32,000 bases of DNA from the NCBI GenBank assembly GCA_028867755.1, contig JAGWFT010000001.1, positions 1,131,992 to 1,163,991 on the forward strand. The letters are read 5' to 3'. Numbering within the stretch: position 1 is the first letter of the stretch; every line of letters begins with the position of its first letter. Below are positions 24,566 through 32,000 of this stretch, in pieces. A model generated the notes under the pieces. The model worked only from the letters and a program-made list of their open reading frames with translations. It ran no database searches and had not been told where the DNA came from. The position numbers and the translations under genes are program-made. The DNA comes from Nitrososphaerota archaeon. Lineage in GTDB: Archaea; Thermoproteota; Nitrososphaeria; Nitrososphaerales; Nitrosopumilaceae.

Positions 24566-24955
24566 TTACTCTAGCCTAAACGTCGCCTTTGCACCATCAT
24601 GGACTTTTTTCACAAATTCTCCATCAGTTGCACTTGTCTTTCCTATTACATTCACAGGAGAATACGGCTTTATCTCACCCTTTGAGCCAATAGGAGTCGG
24701 CCCAAAAAATAGACATATTGCCTTACCTTGTGGCCAATAAGCTACGTCCATCAAGTCTACTGATGATTTTGAATTTTCTGCACCTACATCTATTGGAGTC
24801 TTGTCTGTGTAAAGTTCTTGCCCCCAGACATTTATTCCAACATCAAGTGGAAGACAACTAAGAAATGATCTAACTGTCTTTGGTGCGATCTTGTCATCCA
24901 ATTCTAGAATAATACTATTGATCTTTGGGAGATCGACCCTCACTTTATGCATCAT
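24566..24955 (-). CDS. cyclophilin-like fold protein (PF04126-type)
   Basis: 129 aa. APKTVRSFL...VWGQELY...DVAYWPQGKAICLFFGPTPI...PVNVIGK resembles the Cyclophil_like family pattern as I remember it. Confidence 0.5.
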   Translation of the reverse strand: MMHKVRVDLPKINSIILELDDKIAPKTVRSFLSCLPLDVGINVWGQELYTDKTPIDVGAENSKSSVDLMDVAYWPQGKAICLFFGPTPIGSKGEIKPYSPVNVIGKTSATDGEFVKKVHDGAKATFRLE

Positions 24956-24977
24956 AATAAAAGCCTGTATGATTTAG

Positions 24978-24986
24978 AATAAATAT
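24978..24986. promoter_or_regulatory. single central TATA-like box AATAAATAT serving a divergent gene pair
   Basis: Its centre (24982) is 27 nt from ATG 24955 (-) and 27 nt from ATG 25009 (+). It is the only strongly AT-rich element in the 53-bp spacer. Confidence 0.35.
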
Positions 24987-25008
24987 CCCTTTTTCACCCA
25001 TCAAAAAC

Positions 25009-25266
25009 ATGGAAATTCACGTATACGACACATATGTAGAAGCAAAGGACGGCCATACGATGCATTTTGATGTCATCACAAGTGTAAAGGATCATCAAAA
25101 GGCAATCCAGTATGCAAGAGAATGGTTAAAGACAATAAACGAGGCAGATGCAAAAGTTACAACCGAAGAGTGTCAATTCTGCCACTCACAAGGTGCACCT
25201 CAGCCAATTGCCAATGAGATCCAGCAGAAAGGATACTTTATCCAGAAGATGGAAGGCTGTCCATAA
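25009..25266 (+). CDS. DUF2024-like small protein
   Basis: 85 aa. IHVYDTYVEAKDGHTMHFDVI...CQFCHSQGA...GYFIQKMEGCP matches my recollection of the DUF2024 family pattern. Confidence 0.45.
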   Translation: MEIHVYDTYVEAKDGHTMHFDVITSVKDHQKAIQYAREWLKTINEADAKVTTEECQFCHSQGAPQPIANEIQQKGYFIQKMEGCP

Positions 25267-25298
25267 ACTATCTTTTTCAATTTTTAAACTCATTATTT

Positions 25299-25526
25299 TT
25301 GAAAACTCTTTTTAGATCGCTCTATCCTCTCGATAGTGTGGCAAAGAATAGCAAATACAACAAACTGACTGTAGAAGGCGACATTCAAACCAAGTGGATA
25401 TGTGGGTGTTTTGAGACTGTTGATGGGTTCTTCAAGTTTTGCACAGAACACACTAATGCAATGAAAAAAACAATAGAGGCTCAAATAGATGAGCTTGACA
25501 TGACATTGATTGTGAATGACAAATAG
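25299..25526 (+). CDS. hypothetical small Cys/His-containing protein
   Basis: 75-aa ORF with a TTG start (possibly GTG 25338). WICGCFETVDGFFKFCTEH could be a metal site. Preferred over the antisense ORF 25293..25484 on composition only. Confidence 0.3.
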   Translation: MKTLFRSLYPLDSVAKNSKYNKLTVEGDIQTKWICGCFETVDGFFKFCTEHTNAMKKTIEAQIDELDMTLIVNDK

Positions 25527-25537
25527 ACTGTGTTATC

Positions 25538-27571
25538 CTACAGAACAAAAATAGCAACAAATGCAGATACGAAAACTATTGCTACTGTGTTTAACAATTT
25601 AATGACAGTGTTTAGCGCAGGTCCTGCGGTGTCCTTGTAAGGATCTCCTATTATATCTCCAACAATTGCTATCTTATGTTCTTCAGTTCCCTTTTGCTTG
25701 TTAATTTCCATGTATTTTTTGGCATTGTCCCACGCACCACCAGTATTTGCCAGATGGAAGGCCAAGAAAATTCCTGTAATTACTGCACCCATTAAAAGTC
25801 CAACTACTGCAGATGGGCCCAGAATTATACCAAGTACTATCGGTGCTGCAATTGTTATTGTTGCAGATTTCCAAAGCTCACGCAATGAAGCTACTGTTGC
25901 GACATCAACACATTTTGCATAGTCAGGTTTTGTCTCGTGGGTCAAAATTCCAGGAGATTCTTTGAATTGTCGTCTTACTTCTTCTACCATTTTAGAAGCT
26001 GCTCTTGCTACTGCAGAAATAAGCTGGCTTGTGATAAAGAACGGCAACAGACCTCCTACAAGTAATCCAATAACTACTGCGGGATTTGAAAGACTATAAT
26101 CAAAAACGTGATGAAATACTTTTCCTGCTTCATATTGAAATGCTTGAATCATAGCTAGCGCAGCTAGACCTGCACTTGCAATTGCAAAACCTTTAGTCAC
26201 AGCCTTTGTAGTATTTCCTACTGCATCAATTTCATCTGTAACTTTACGATTTTCTTCGCCCATACCTGTCATCTCTACAATTCCACCTGCATTGTCACTG
26301 ATAGGACCAAATGCATCTATACTCAACACGATTCCTGCAAGGCTTAGCATTGCCATAGCTGTAAGCGATGTGCCAAATATTCCGTAAAGTGTGGCTTGTG
26401 TAGGATCTGGTGCTGCAGACGATGCCAATACATACGATGTAGCCAGAGCTATAACAATGGCAATCATGAATGGACCTGTTGAGCGCATTCCTTGTATGAT
26501 TCCCATCAGTGTAAGTGATGCATACCCCCATTTTGCAGAGGCCGCAATTTCTTGGACTGGCTTGAATCTATAGCTTGTAAAATAATCTGTAATTCGCTGT
26601 ATTACTGGTACCAGAATAACGCCTATCACAGTACTGCCAAATAACGCATATGCAATCTGGGTATGACCTAGAAAGAAATATGTGAAAACAAAATTAAGTG
26701 CAATTGCTATTGCAGCAGAAACATAAAATGCATTGGCAAGTGGCTTGTTTACGTCTGTCATCTTTCTTGGAGTTATGGTTGCAATGCCGATGATAGATGC
26801 AAATAATCCTGAAGCACCAACTAGCATAGGATAAAACAAGTTCTGAGGAGTTCCAATCAGCCCAGCAATCAGTAACGATGCAAGCATTGTTACAATATAT
26901 GATTCATAAATATCAGACCCCATACCAGCCGCGTCACCTACATTATCTCCCACGTTATCAGCAATCGTTGCGGGGTTTCGCGGATCATCTTCTGGGATAT
27001 TTGCTTCTACTTTTCCTACCAAGTCTGCACCCATGTCTGCAGCCTTTGTGAAGATTCCACCACCAACTCTGATAAACAATGCAATCAAGCTAGCACCTAT
27101 ACCAACTCCAGCAATTGTAATAGGACTTGGAAATGCAAAATAGAGTAAACTCATGCCCAAAAGAGCCATAGCAGGCACGGCAAGACCTACTGTTGCCCCA
27201 CCCCTAAATGCAAGAGCAAAGGTATGTCCAAGGCCTTTCCCAGATGCATTTGCAGCTCTAACTGCTGCCTTTACTGTAATTTTGAGTGCGATTAATCCAG
27301 CAATAGCAGAAAGCCCAGCACCTACAGCAAAAGCAATGCCGTTGGTAGATCCAATTGCAGCACCAATCAAGACTGCAAGACCTATGGCTATAGGAATAAC
27401 AATTCTAAATTCTCTTCTTAAAAACGCCATTGCGCCTACCCCTACCGCATTTGAAATATCCAGCATCTGTTGAGTTCCAGGTTTTTGTTTAGATACCCAT
27501 GTTGCAAGTACTGCTGCAATGATAAAAGATACGATTGACGCACCGACAGGAATCATTTCTTTTAGCGTCAT
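25538..27571 (-). CDS. hppA: membrane-bound H+-translocating pyrophosphatase, K+-independent type
   Basis: 677 aa with ~16 TM helices. Motifs: GGIFTKAADMGADLVGKVE, DNVGDNVGD, GDIIGDPYKDTAGPALN. GNTTKAVTKG has Lys (not Ala) at the position that distinguishes K+-independent enzymes. Confidence 0.92.
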   Translation of the reverse strand: MTLKEMIPVGASIVSFIIAAVLATWVSKQKPGTQQMLDISNAVGVGAMAFLRREFRIVIPIAIGLAVLIGAAIGSTNGIAFAVGAGLSAIAGLIALKITVKAAVRAANASGKGLGHTFALAFRGGATVGLAVPAMALLGMSLLYFAFPSPITIAGVGIGASLIALFIRVGGGIFTKAADMGADLVGKVEANIPEDDPRNPATIADNVGDNVGDAAGMGSDIYESYIVTMLASLLIAGLIGTPQNLFYPMLVGASGLFASIIGIATITPRKMTDVNKPLANAFYVSAAIAIALNFVFTYFFLGHTQIAYALFGSTVIGVILVPVIQRITDYFTSYRFKPVQEIAASAKWGYASLTLMGIIQGMRSTGPFMIAIVIALATSYVLASSAAPDPTQATLYGIFGTSLTAMAMLSLAGIVLSIDAFGPISDNAGGIVEMTGMGEENRKVTDEIDAVGNTTKAVTKGFAIASAGLAALAMIQAFQYEAGKVFHHVFDYSLSNPAVVIGLLVGGLLPFFITSQLISAVARAASKMVEEVRRQFKESPGILTHETKPDYAKCVDVATVASLRELWKSATITIAAPIVLGIILGPSAVVGLLMGAVITGIFLAFHLANTGGAWDNAKKYMEINKQKGTEEHKIAIVGDIIGDPYKDTAGPALNTVIKLLNTVAIVFVSAFVAIFVL

Positions 27572-27596
27572 CTGAAAGTAAAGCCCGGATGGGTTA

Positions 27597-27609
27597 TTTA
27601 TATAAATTT
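27597..27609 (-). promoter_or_regulatory. TATA box upstream of hppA
   Basis: The minus strand reads AAATTTATATAAA, centred ~30 nt upstream of ATG 27571. This implies a very short leader. Confidence 0.4.
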
Positions 27610-27610
27610 A

Positions 27611-27629
27611 TTCTACTTTCTTCGTAGAA
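27611..27629 (-). terminator. hairpin (6-bp stem, 7-nt loop) after a T-rich tract downstream of the SprT-like gene
   Basis: TTCTAC-TTTCTTC-GTAGAA. On the minus strand a T5 run follows the stop codon at 27671 after three nucleotides, and a T4 run follows soon after. Confidence 0.25.
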
Positions 27630-27670
27630 TGTTATAATGACACGGTTTAAAATTACTTTAAAAAGAATTT

Positions 27671-28075
27671 TTACACTCTTTTTTGGTATGGTTTAAAATT
27701 TTTTCCTGCCAAGCCTTGCCTTACAAGCTTGTTGAAGCGCTTTCCATGGCTTAGATAGGGAAATCGAAAATGAATGAGCTCGTGCACTATGGTATTTTCA
27801 AGTGTCTTGTCATCAGGTATCTTCTTAATATTGACAAATACAAGATTGTGCTGCAAATATGACACCCCCAAGTATTTGTAAGCCGAAGTCCTCCTGCCCT
27901 GGGTAACTTCCTTTGGCATGTCAAGAACTTCTCTAGTTGTTAGTAACACTTGGGGTTCTGAAATTCCAAACCTGTTTGAATAGATCCCAACCTTTTCCAA
28001 TATCTTAACTTTCAAGTCTAAATCATGTTTCATTGCTTCAGAATCTTTCGGAAATAGTTTAATTGGAATTGTCAA
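27671..28075 (-). CDS. SprT-like / DUF45-type HExxH zinc metallopeptidase domain protein
   Basis: 134 aa. TIVHELIHFRFPYLSHGKRFNKLV has HExxH plus a downstream His and Phe, as in the SprT/YgjP families. The start is TTG 28075 or ATG 28033. Confidence 0.5.
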   Translation of the reverse strand: MTIPIKLFPKDSEAMKHDLDLKVKILEKVGIYSNRFGISEPQVLLTTREVLDMPKEVTQGRRTSAYKYLGVSYLQHNLVFVNIKKIPDDKTLENTIVHELIHFRFPYLSHGKRFNKLVRQGLAGKNFKPYQKRV

Positions 28076-28131
28076 ATATCGTACAAGAGTTTGTGTATTT
28101 TTCCAAGTTTACCAAAAAAGTGGTTAATTTA

Positions 28132-28190
28132 GGGTCAGAAATCGTGTAGTTTTAATCACTAGTCATACAGCCACCGGATCATCATACCCC
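28132..28190 (-). ncRNA. candidate C/D-box sRNA (2'-O-methylation guide)
   Basis: The minus strand reads GGGGU-AUGAUGA-UCCGGUGGCUGU-AUGA-CUA-GUGAUUA-AAACUACACGAUUU-CUGA-CCC. That is a perfect C box, a 12-nt guide, a degenerate D' box, a 3-nt spacer, a 6/7 C' box, a 14-nt guide and a perfect D box, with GGG/CCC flanks able to form the terminal stem. It starts 3 nt after the dephospho-CoA kinase stop. Confidence 0.4.
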
Positions 28191-28192
28191 AA

Positions 28193-28687
28193 TTAACTCA
28201 TAGAATCCATAATCTTTATCGCCGTATTTCTTATCTGTTCGGTTACCTTCATTACAACTAGGCCTTCATTTGGCTGTCCATACATAATGACAGCATTTTC
28301 TGGAGCATACAAGGCAGCAGGCAGGACTAGCAGATCTTCTTCGCCCTTTACAATTATTCTAACTGGAGCATCTGCGTGAAAGGCCTTTTTTATGGTCTCT
28401 ATACTTTCGTTAGTAATCTCTGCTGCAGGGTTTACACACTCGAGAGTTGTTCTTATTTTTCCTAGAGGTAAATTTCTTTCGTGTCTTTTTTCTAAAGAAT
28501 CTACAATTTGTAAGGATGGGGCTAGTCCAAATTTTATCATCTTTTCAGTTGTTGCATCCCCAACTGTTATTAAGAAAGCATCGTTTGGCATGGTTCGTAA
28601 AATATTCTCTTTTGTTACTTCTGAATCTCTAATCAATAATCCCATAGGTTTTTTGAGACTATCACGTAAACTGTCTGGCAAACGCAC
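28193..28687 (-). CDS. GTP-dependent dephospho-CoA kinase (archaeal DUF359/COG1909 family)
   Basis: LRDSLKKPMGLLI...ITVGDATTEKMIKFGLAPSLQIVDSLEKR...VKGEEDLLVLPAALYAPENAVIMYGQPNEGLVV follows the DUF359 signature. Confidence 0.7.
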   Translation of the reverse strand: MRLPDSLRDSLKKPMGLLIRDSEVTKENILRTMPNDAFLITVGDATTEKMIKFGLAPSLQIVDSLEKRHERNLPLGKIRTTLECVNPAAEITNESIETIKKAFHADAPVRIIVKGEEDLLVLPAALYAPENAVIMYGQPNEGLVVMKVTEQIRNTAIKIMDSMS

Positions 28688-28713
28688 AAGATAATCTTTG
28701 TTTTATTCTATTT

Positions 28714-29796
28714 TTATGTAGCTACTTCTGCCTTCATTTCTTCGCTAAGCTGGCTTGCAATCACGCTGCATCTTGCGGCTACATTTTTTGCCACAGTCAT
28801 AAATGCTTGGGCATTAGGAGAGTTAGGATCGGTAACAAGCACTGGCGTACCACTGTCAGAGCCTGCCATTATTCCAGGATTTAGTGGAATCCCGCCCAAG
28901 AACGGTAGATTATGTTTTTCACCCATTCTTCTTGCACCGTCTTTACCAAAAATATAATGATCAGTATTGCAATTATTACATTTGAAGTAGCTCATGTTTT
29001 CTATCACACCGATAATTGGCACGTTGAGTTTTTGGAACATGCCAAAGGCCTTTACCGCCACATTGCTTGCAACCTCTTGTGGAGTCGTTACAACTACAAT
29101 ACCAGTAATAGGAATGGTTTGAGCCAGTGTCAGTGGAATATCTCCTGTTCCTGGAGGAAGATCTACGATTAGATAATCAAGATCAGTCCAGTTAGTATCT
29201 ACCAAAAATTGTTTTAAAATTCCGGAAATTATGGGACCACGATATATTGCAGCCTGATGTTCTTGATCAGCAAAGAATCCAAATGATACCACTTTTAATC
29301 CGTGCGAGTCTGCTGGTTGTAATTTATTATTTTCAACTTCCATAGCAGCCTTTCCCATTCCTAGCATAAGTGGGACGCTTGGGCCGTAAATATCTGCATC
29401 AAGAATTCCAACTTTAGCCCCAGTTTTTACAAGAGCAAGTGCAAGATTTACAGAAACTGTTGTCTTGCCCACACCGCCCTTTCCGCTTGCAATGCCAATG
29501 ATGTTTTTAACAGTTGGAAGCATCTCATCCATGCTAAGCGCACGTCCTTCCATTACCTTGGCAGTAACTTTGATGTCTGTTTTTGAGATGCCTGAAATTG
29601 TAGATATTGCCTTGCGCACATCCTGTTCTATCTCATCATTGAAAGGGCATGCAGGTGTGGTTAGTTCCAAAGTAAACTTGATGTCACTACCATTAATCTC
29701 TAGATCCTTTATCATTCCCATTGAGACAATGTCTTTTTTGAGATCTGGATCAATTACTGTACTGAGTTTCTGCAAAACCTCGTCAACTGAGACCAT
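28714..29796 (-). CDS. Mrp/NBP35/ApbC-family Fe-S cluster carrier ATPase with N-terminal DUF59 domain
   Basis: N-terminal DUF59 (VIDPDLKKDIVSMGMIKD...TTPACP), deviant Walker A SGKGGVGKTT, and a CxxC (FKCNNCNTDH). Confidence 0.88.
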   Translation of the reverse strand: MVSVDEVLQKLSTVIDPDLKKDIVSMGMIKDLEINGSDIKFTLELTTPACPFNDEIEQDVRKAISTISGISKTDIKVTAKVMEGRALSMDEMLPTVKNIIGIASGKGGVGKTTVSVNLALALVKTGAKVGILDADIYGPSVPLMLGMGKAAMEVENNKLQPADSHGLKVVSFGFFADQEHQAAIYRGPIISGILKQFLVDTNWTDLDYLIVDLPPGTGDIPLTLAQTIPITGIVVVTTPQEVASNVAVKAFGMFQKLNVPIIGVIENMSYFKCNNCNTDHYIFGKDGARRMGEKHNLPFLGGIPLNPGIMAGSDSGTPVLVTDPNSPNAQAFMTVAKNVAARCSVIASQLSEEMKAEVAT

Positions 29797-29894
29797 ACAA
29801 TTAAAAAATTCCTAGTACGATATTTAAACATAGGCAAAAATAGCATACAAGATATCCAAAGATTCATAAATTCAAATTCTGCCAGTTTTTTTGG

Positions 29895-30494
29895 ATGTTT
29901 TCTATATCAACCCTTACTGATGTAGTTAGAATTCCTCCGAAATTATTTGGCGAGTCACTGAAAAAGGCAGCCATTACAATTTTGAGAGAAAAATATGAGA
30001 GCATGATAAATCCTGAATTAGGTTATGTCATAATGATCATGGATACCAAAGTCGAAAAAATGGGAAAAATTATTGCAGGAGATGGCGGTACTTATCACAG
30101 AGTAGAATTCACTGCACTCACATTCCATCCAAAACTTCAAGAGATTGTAAGAGGTGAGATTGTTGAGATTACAGACTTTGGAGCATTTGTAAGAATTGGT
30201 GCAACAGATGCATTACTACACTTGTCACAAATAATGGATGATTATCTAAAAAGCGATGTAAAATCAGGTATGATTTTGGCTAACCAGAGTGGAAGAACGA
30301 TGAAGATAGGTACAACTCTTCGAGCAAGAATCACTGCAGTGTCATTAGGCAAGACTGCTGCAATGAAAGTAGGTATAACTTGCAGACAACCATTCCTTGG
30401 CGCAGACGAATGGATTGAAGAAGAGATAAAGAAAGCAAAAGCCCCTCCAGCACCACAAGCTGAGAAAGTTAAGAAGACCGTAGAAGCCAAGTGA
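29895..30494 (+). CDS. rpo7: DNA-directed RNA polymerase subunit E' (Rpo7) with S1 domain
   Basis: LTDVVRIPPKLFG...LGYVIMIMD...GDGGTYHRVEFTALTFHP...GEIVEITDFGAFVRIGATDALLHLSQIMDD is the Rpo7 N-domain followed by an S1 fold. Confidence 0.88.
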   Translation: MFSISTLTDVVRIPPKLFGESLKKAAITILREKYESMINPELGYVIMIMDTKVEKMGKIIAGDGGTYHRVEFTALTFHPKLQEIVRGEIVEITDFGAFVRIGATDALLHLSQIMDDYLKSDVKSGMILANQSGRTMKIGTTLRARITAVSLGKTAAMKVGITCRQPFLGADEWIEEEIKKAKAPPAPQAEKVKKTVEAK

Positions 30495-30500
30495 TAAAAA

Positions 30501-30689
30501 ATGGTCAGAGAGATGGCATGCCGCAAGTGCAAATGTGTAACCATTGGAAAAGTATGTGCAGTTTGTAAATCAACAGACTTGACACCAGACTGGAGTGGAG
30601 CTGTTCTCATAGTAGATCCGATAAATTCGGTCATTGCAAAATCTTTAGGAATAACTGAAAAAGGAAAATACGCTCTCAAGGTAACTTAG
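30501..30689 (+). CDS. spt4: transcription elongation factor Spt4 (RNA polymerase subunit E'')
   Basis: MACRKCKCVTIGKVCAVCKSTDLTPDWSGAVLIVDPINSVIAKSLGITEKGKYALKV is a zinc ribbon followed by the NGN-binding segment. It lies directly after rpo7, as in most archaea. Confidence 0.85.
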   Translation: MVREMACRKCKCVTIGKVCAVCKSTDLTPDWSGAVLIVDPINSVIAKSLGITEKGKYALKVT

Positions 30690-30690
30690 A

Positions 30691-31518
30691 TTGCACAGTC
30701 GTGCAAAAAAGGCACTAGAAACATTTCTCAAAGAAGACATTGGCAAAGGCGACATTACAAGTAAGCTTCTTCCTCGAAAAGAAATTTCTGCAACCATAAT
30801 TTCTCGCCAAAAAGGCATAGTTGCAGGGACAAAGCATGCCAAAGAAATCTTTACTTTGAGAAATTGTAAGGTCAGAATTTTGAAAAATGATGGCGCAAAG
30901 ATAGGACCTAACGATAAAATAATGACAATCTCTGGCTCGGCATATTCAGTCTTGTCATGTGAAAGGACTGCACTTAACTTGCTATCAAGGATGAGCGGAA
31001 TAGCAACCCAGACAAACATGTTGGTAAGGATCATCAAAAGTGTAAATCCAAAAGTAGAACTCTACTCCACAAGAAAGACTGCACCCGGTTTGCGCATTTT
31101 TGACAAAGAAGCTGTTGAGATAGGAGGCGGTAAAAAACATCGTGTCTCACTTGATCAGATGGTCATGATAAAAGATAATCACCTAATGGTTGCAAAATCA
31201 TTACAAGACTTGGTTCGTGCTGCAAAAAAACGATATAATAGATTTGAGGTGGAAGTTGAAAACCTTGATGATGCAGTAATGGCTGCAAGAGAAGGAGCAA
31301 CAATCATAATGCTTGACAATATGCCACCCAAAAAAATCTCACATATTATTCAAGTCTTAAAATATCTTAGTCTTAGAAAGGGGATAAGAATTGAAGCATC
31401 TGGAGGAATAGATACATCAAATGTAAAGTCATACGCTAGAACTGGAGTAGACATGATCTCTATTGGGAGGTTAACTAGTTCTGCACCTGGATTAGACTTG
31501 AGTCTAGAAGTTAACTAA
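30691..31518 (+). CDS. nadC: nicotinate-nucleotide pyrophosphorylase (carboxylating), quinolinate phosphoribosyltransferase
   Basis: LKEDIGKGDITS, ERTALNLLSRMSGIATQT, TRKTAPGLR, IMLDNM and EASGGI motifs. TTG start 1 nt after the spt4 stop. Confidence 0.88.
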   Translation: MHSRAKKALETFLKEDIGKGDITSKLLPRKEISATIISRQKGIVAGTKHAKEIFTLRNCKVRILKNDGAKIGPNDKIMTISGSAYSVLSCERTALNLLSRMSGIATQTNMLVRIIKSVNPKVELYSTRKTAPGLRIFDKEAVEIGGGKKHRVSLDQMVMIKDNHLMVAKSLQDLVRAAKKRYNRFEVEVENLDDAVMAAREGATIIMLDNMPPKKISHIIQVLKYLSLRKGIRIEASGGIDTSNVKSYARTGVDMISIGRLTSSAPGLDLSLEVN

Positions 31519-32000
31519 TTGCTAACATACGCTCAATAGCCAGCTGTGCTCTTTGCGCAATGTTTTTTGGAACCTTGACTTCGTATTTTTCTTCCTTTAG
31601 TGACGAATGGACCTTGTCAAGTGTTATCATCTTCATGTATTTGCAAACAGCAGAGTCGGACATTGGTATGAATTCTTTTTCTGGGTTTTGTTTTCTCATT
31701 CTGTATAGTATTCCTGTTTCTGTAGCTACAACGAATGTCTTTCCGCTAGAATTCTTTGCATGATTCATCATTCCTTCTGTTGACAAGATCTGGACTTGTC
31801 TATTTCCATAGTCTCCACATGCAACATCATACATGATAGATGATGTGCAGCTACATTCTGGATGAACCAAAAACTCAGCATTGGCATACTGGGCTAGTTT
31901 TTCTTGCACTTCTTGTGGTCGTATGCCTGCATGGACATGACATTCCCCTGCCCAGATGTACATATTTTTCCTATCTGTCATTTTAGCAACATATGATCCA
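31511..32000 (-). CDS. nadA: quinolinate synthase NadA, C-terminal part (5' end beyond the window)
   Basis: WAGECHVHAGI...VHPECS...FVVATETGILYRMRK motifs. The track starts it at Met 31981, but the frame stays open upstream to position 32000 (..GSYVAKMTDRK..), and NadA is ~300 aa. The 3' end overlaps nadC by 8 nt, convergently. Confidence 0.85.
   Translation of the reverse strand, partial: GSYVAKMTDRKNMYIWAGECHVHAGIRPQEVQEKLAQYANAEFLVHPECSCTSSIMYDVACGDYGNRQVQILSTEGMMNHAKNSSGKTFVVATETGILYRMRKQNPEKEFIPMSDSAVCKYMKMITLDKVHSSLKEEKYEVKVPKNIAQRAQLAIERMLAIS

Noticed and set aside
30242-31037. Minus-strand ORFs 30242..30679 and 30645..31037
   Set aside because: They are antisense to rpo7, spt4 and nadC, all of which have strong family signatures. 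These are shadow ORFs.
1-32000. Looked for CRISPR arrays, tandem or long direct repeats, transposase/integrase genes, tRNA/rRNA genes and defence-system hallmarks (nucleases with helicases, toxin-antitoxin pairs, restriction-modification)
   Set aside because: I could not see any by eye. Intergenic gaps are mostly under 170 bp and are accounted for by promoters, two small ORFs and one sRNA candidate. The window reads as conserved core genome, so I make no claim of a mobile or defence island.

Overview
AT-rich, tightly packed archaeal chromosome segment. Its gene content suggests an ammonia-oxidising thaumarchaeon (Nitrosopumilus-like); that assignment is an inference from Alba, Cdc48, amicyanin-like cupredoxins, an exosortase-like membrane protein, Pth2, aEF-1beta, Rpo7/Spt4 and H+-PPase. 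I support about 45 protein genes. Three are missing from the supplied ORF track: an edge-truncated TTG-start SMC gene at 1..2131, a 59-aa four-CxxC zinc-ribbon gene at 18976..19155, and a 38-aa classical C2H2 zinc-finger gene at 24431..24547. I also call one C/D-box sRNA candidate at 28132..28190. I saw no rRNA, tRNA, CRISPR array, transposase, integrase or long repeat, so this looks like core genome rather than an island. Most interesting: (1) a co-directional set of RAM domain, CysRS-family ligase, GNAT and myo-inositol-1-phosphate synthase genes. The ligase lacks the C-terminal anticodon-binding domain, appears to have altered zinc ligands, and overlaps the GNAT gene by 28 nt. This set echoes the mycothiol logic of Ino1/MshC/MshD and may be a cysteine-inositol thiol module rather than, or in addition to, a housekeeping CysRS. 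(2) An exosortase/archaeosortase homologue with Ser at the expected catalytic Cys position, overlapping a small HExxH gene. (3) A repair neighbourhood (DinB, NreA, DUF99) in which DinB and NreA both end in canonical PIP boxes. (4) An EF-Tu/SelB-like protein with all GTPase motifs degenerate. (5) Two eukaryote-style C2H2 fingers. (6) HbYX C-termini on both a PAC2-family protein and Cdc48. All functional calls come from motif recognition by eye; no searches were run.
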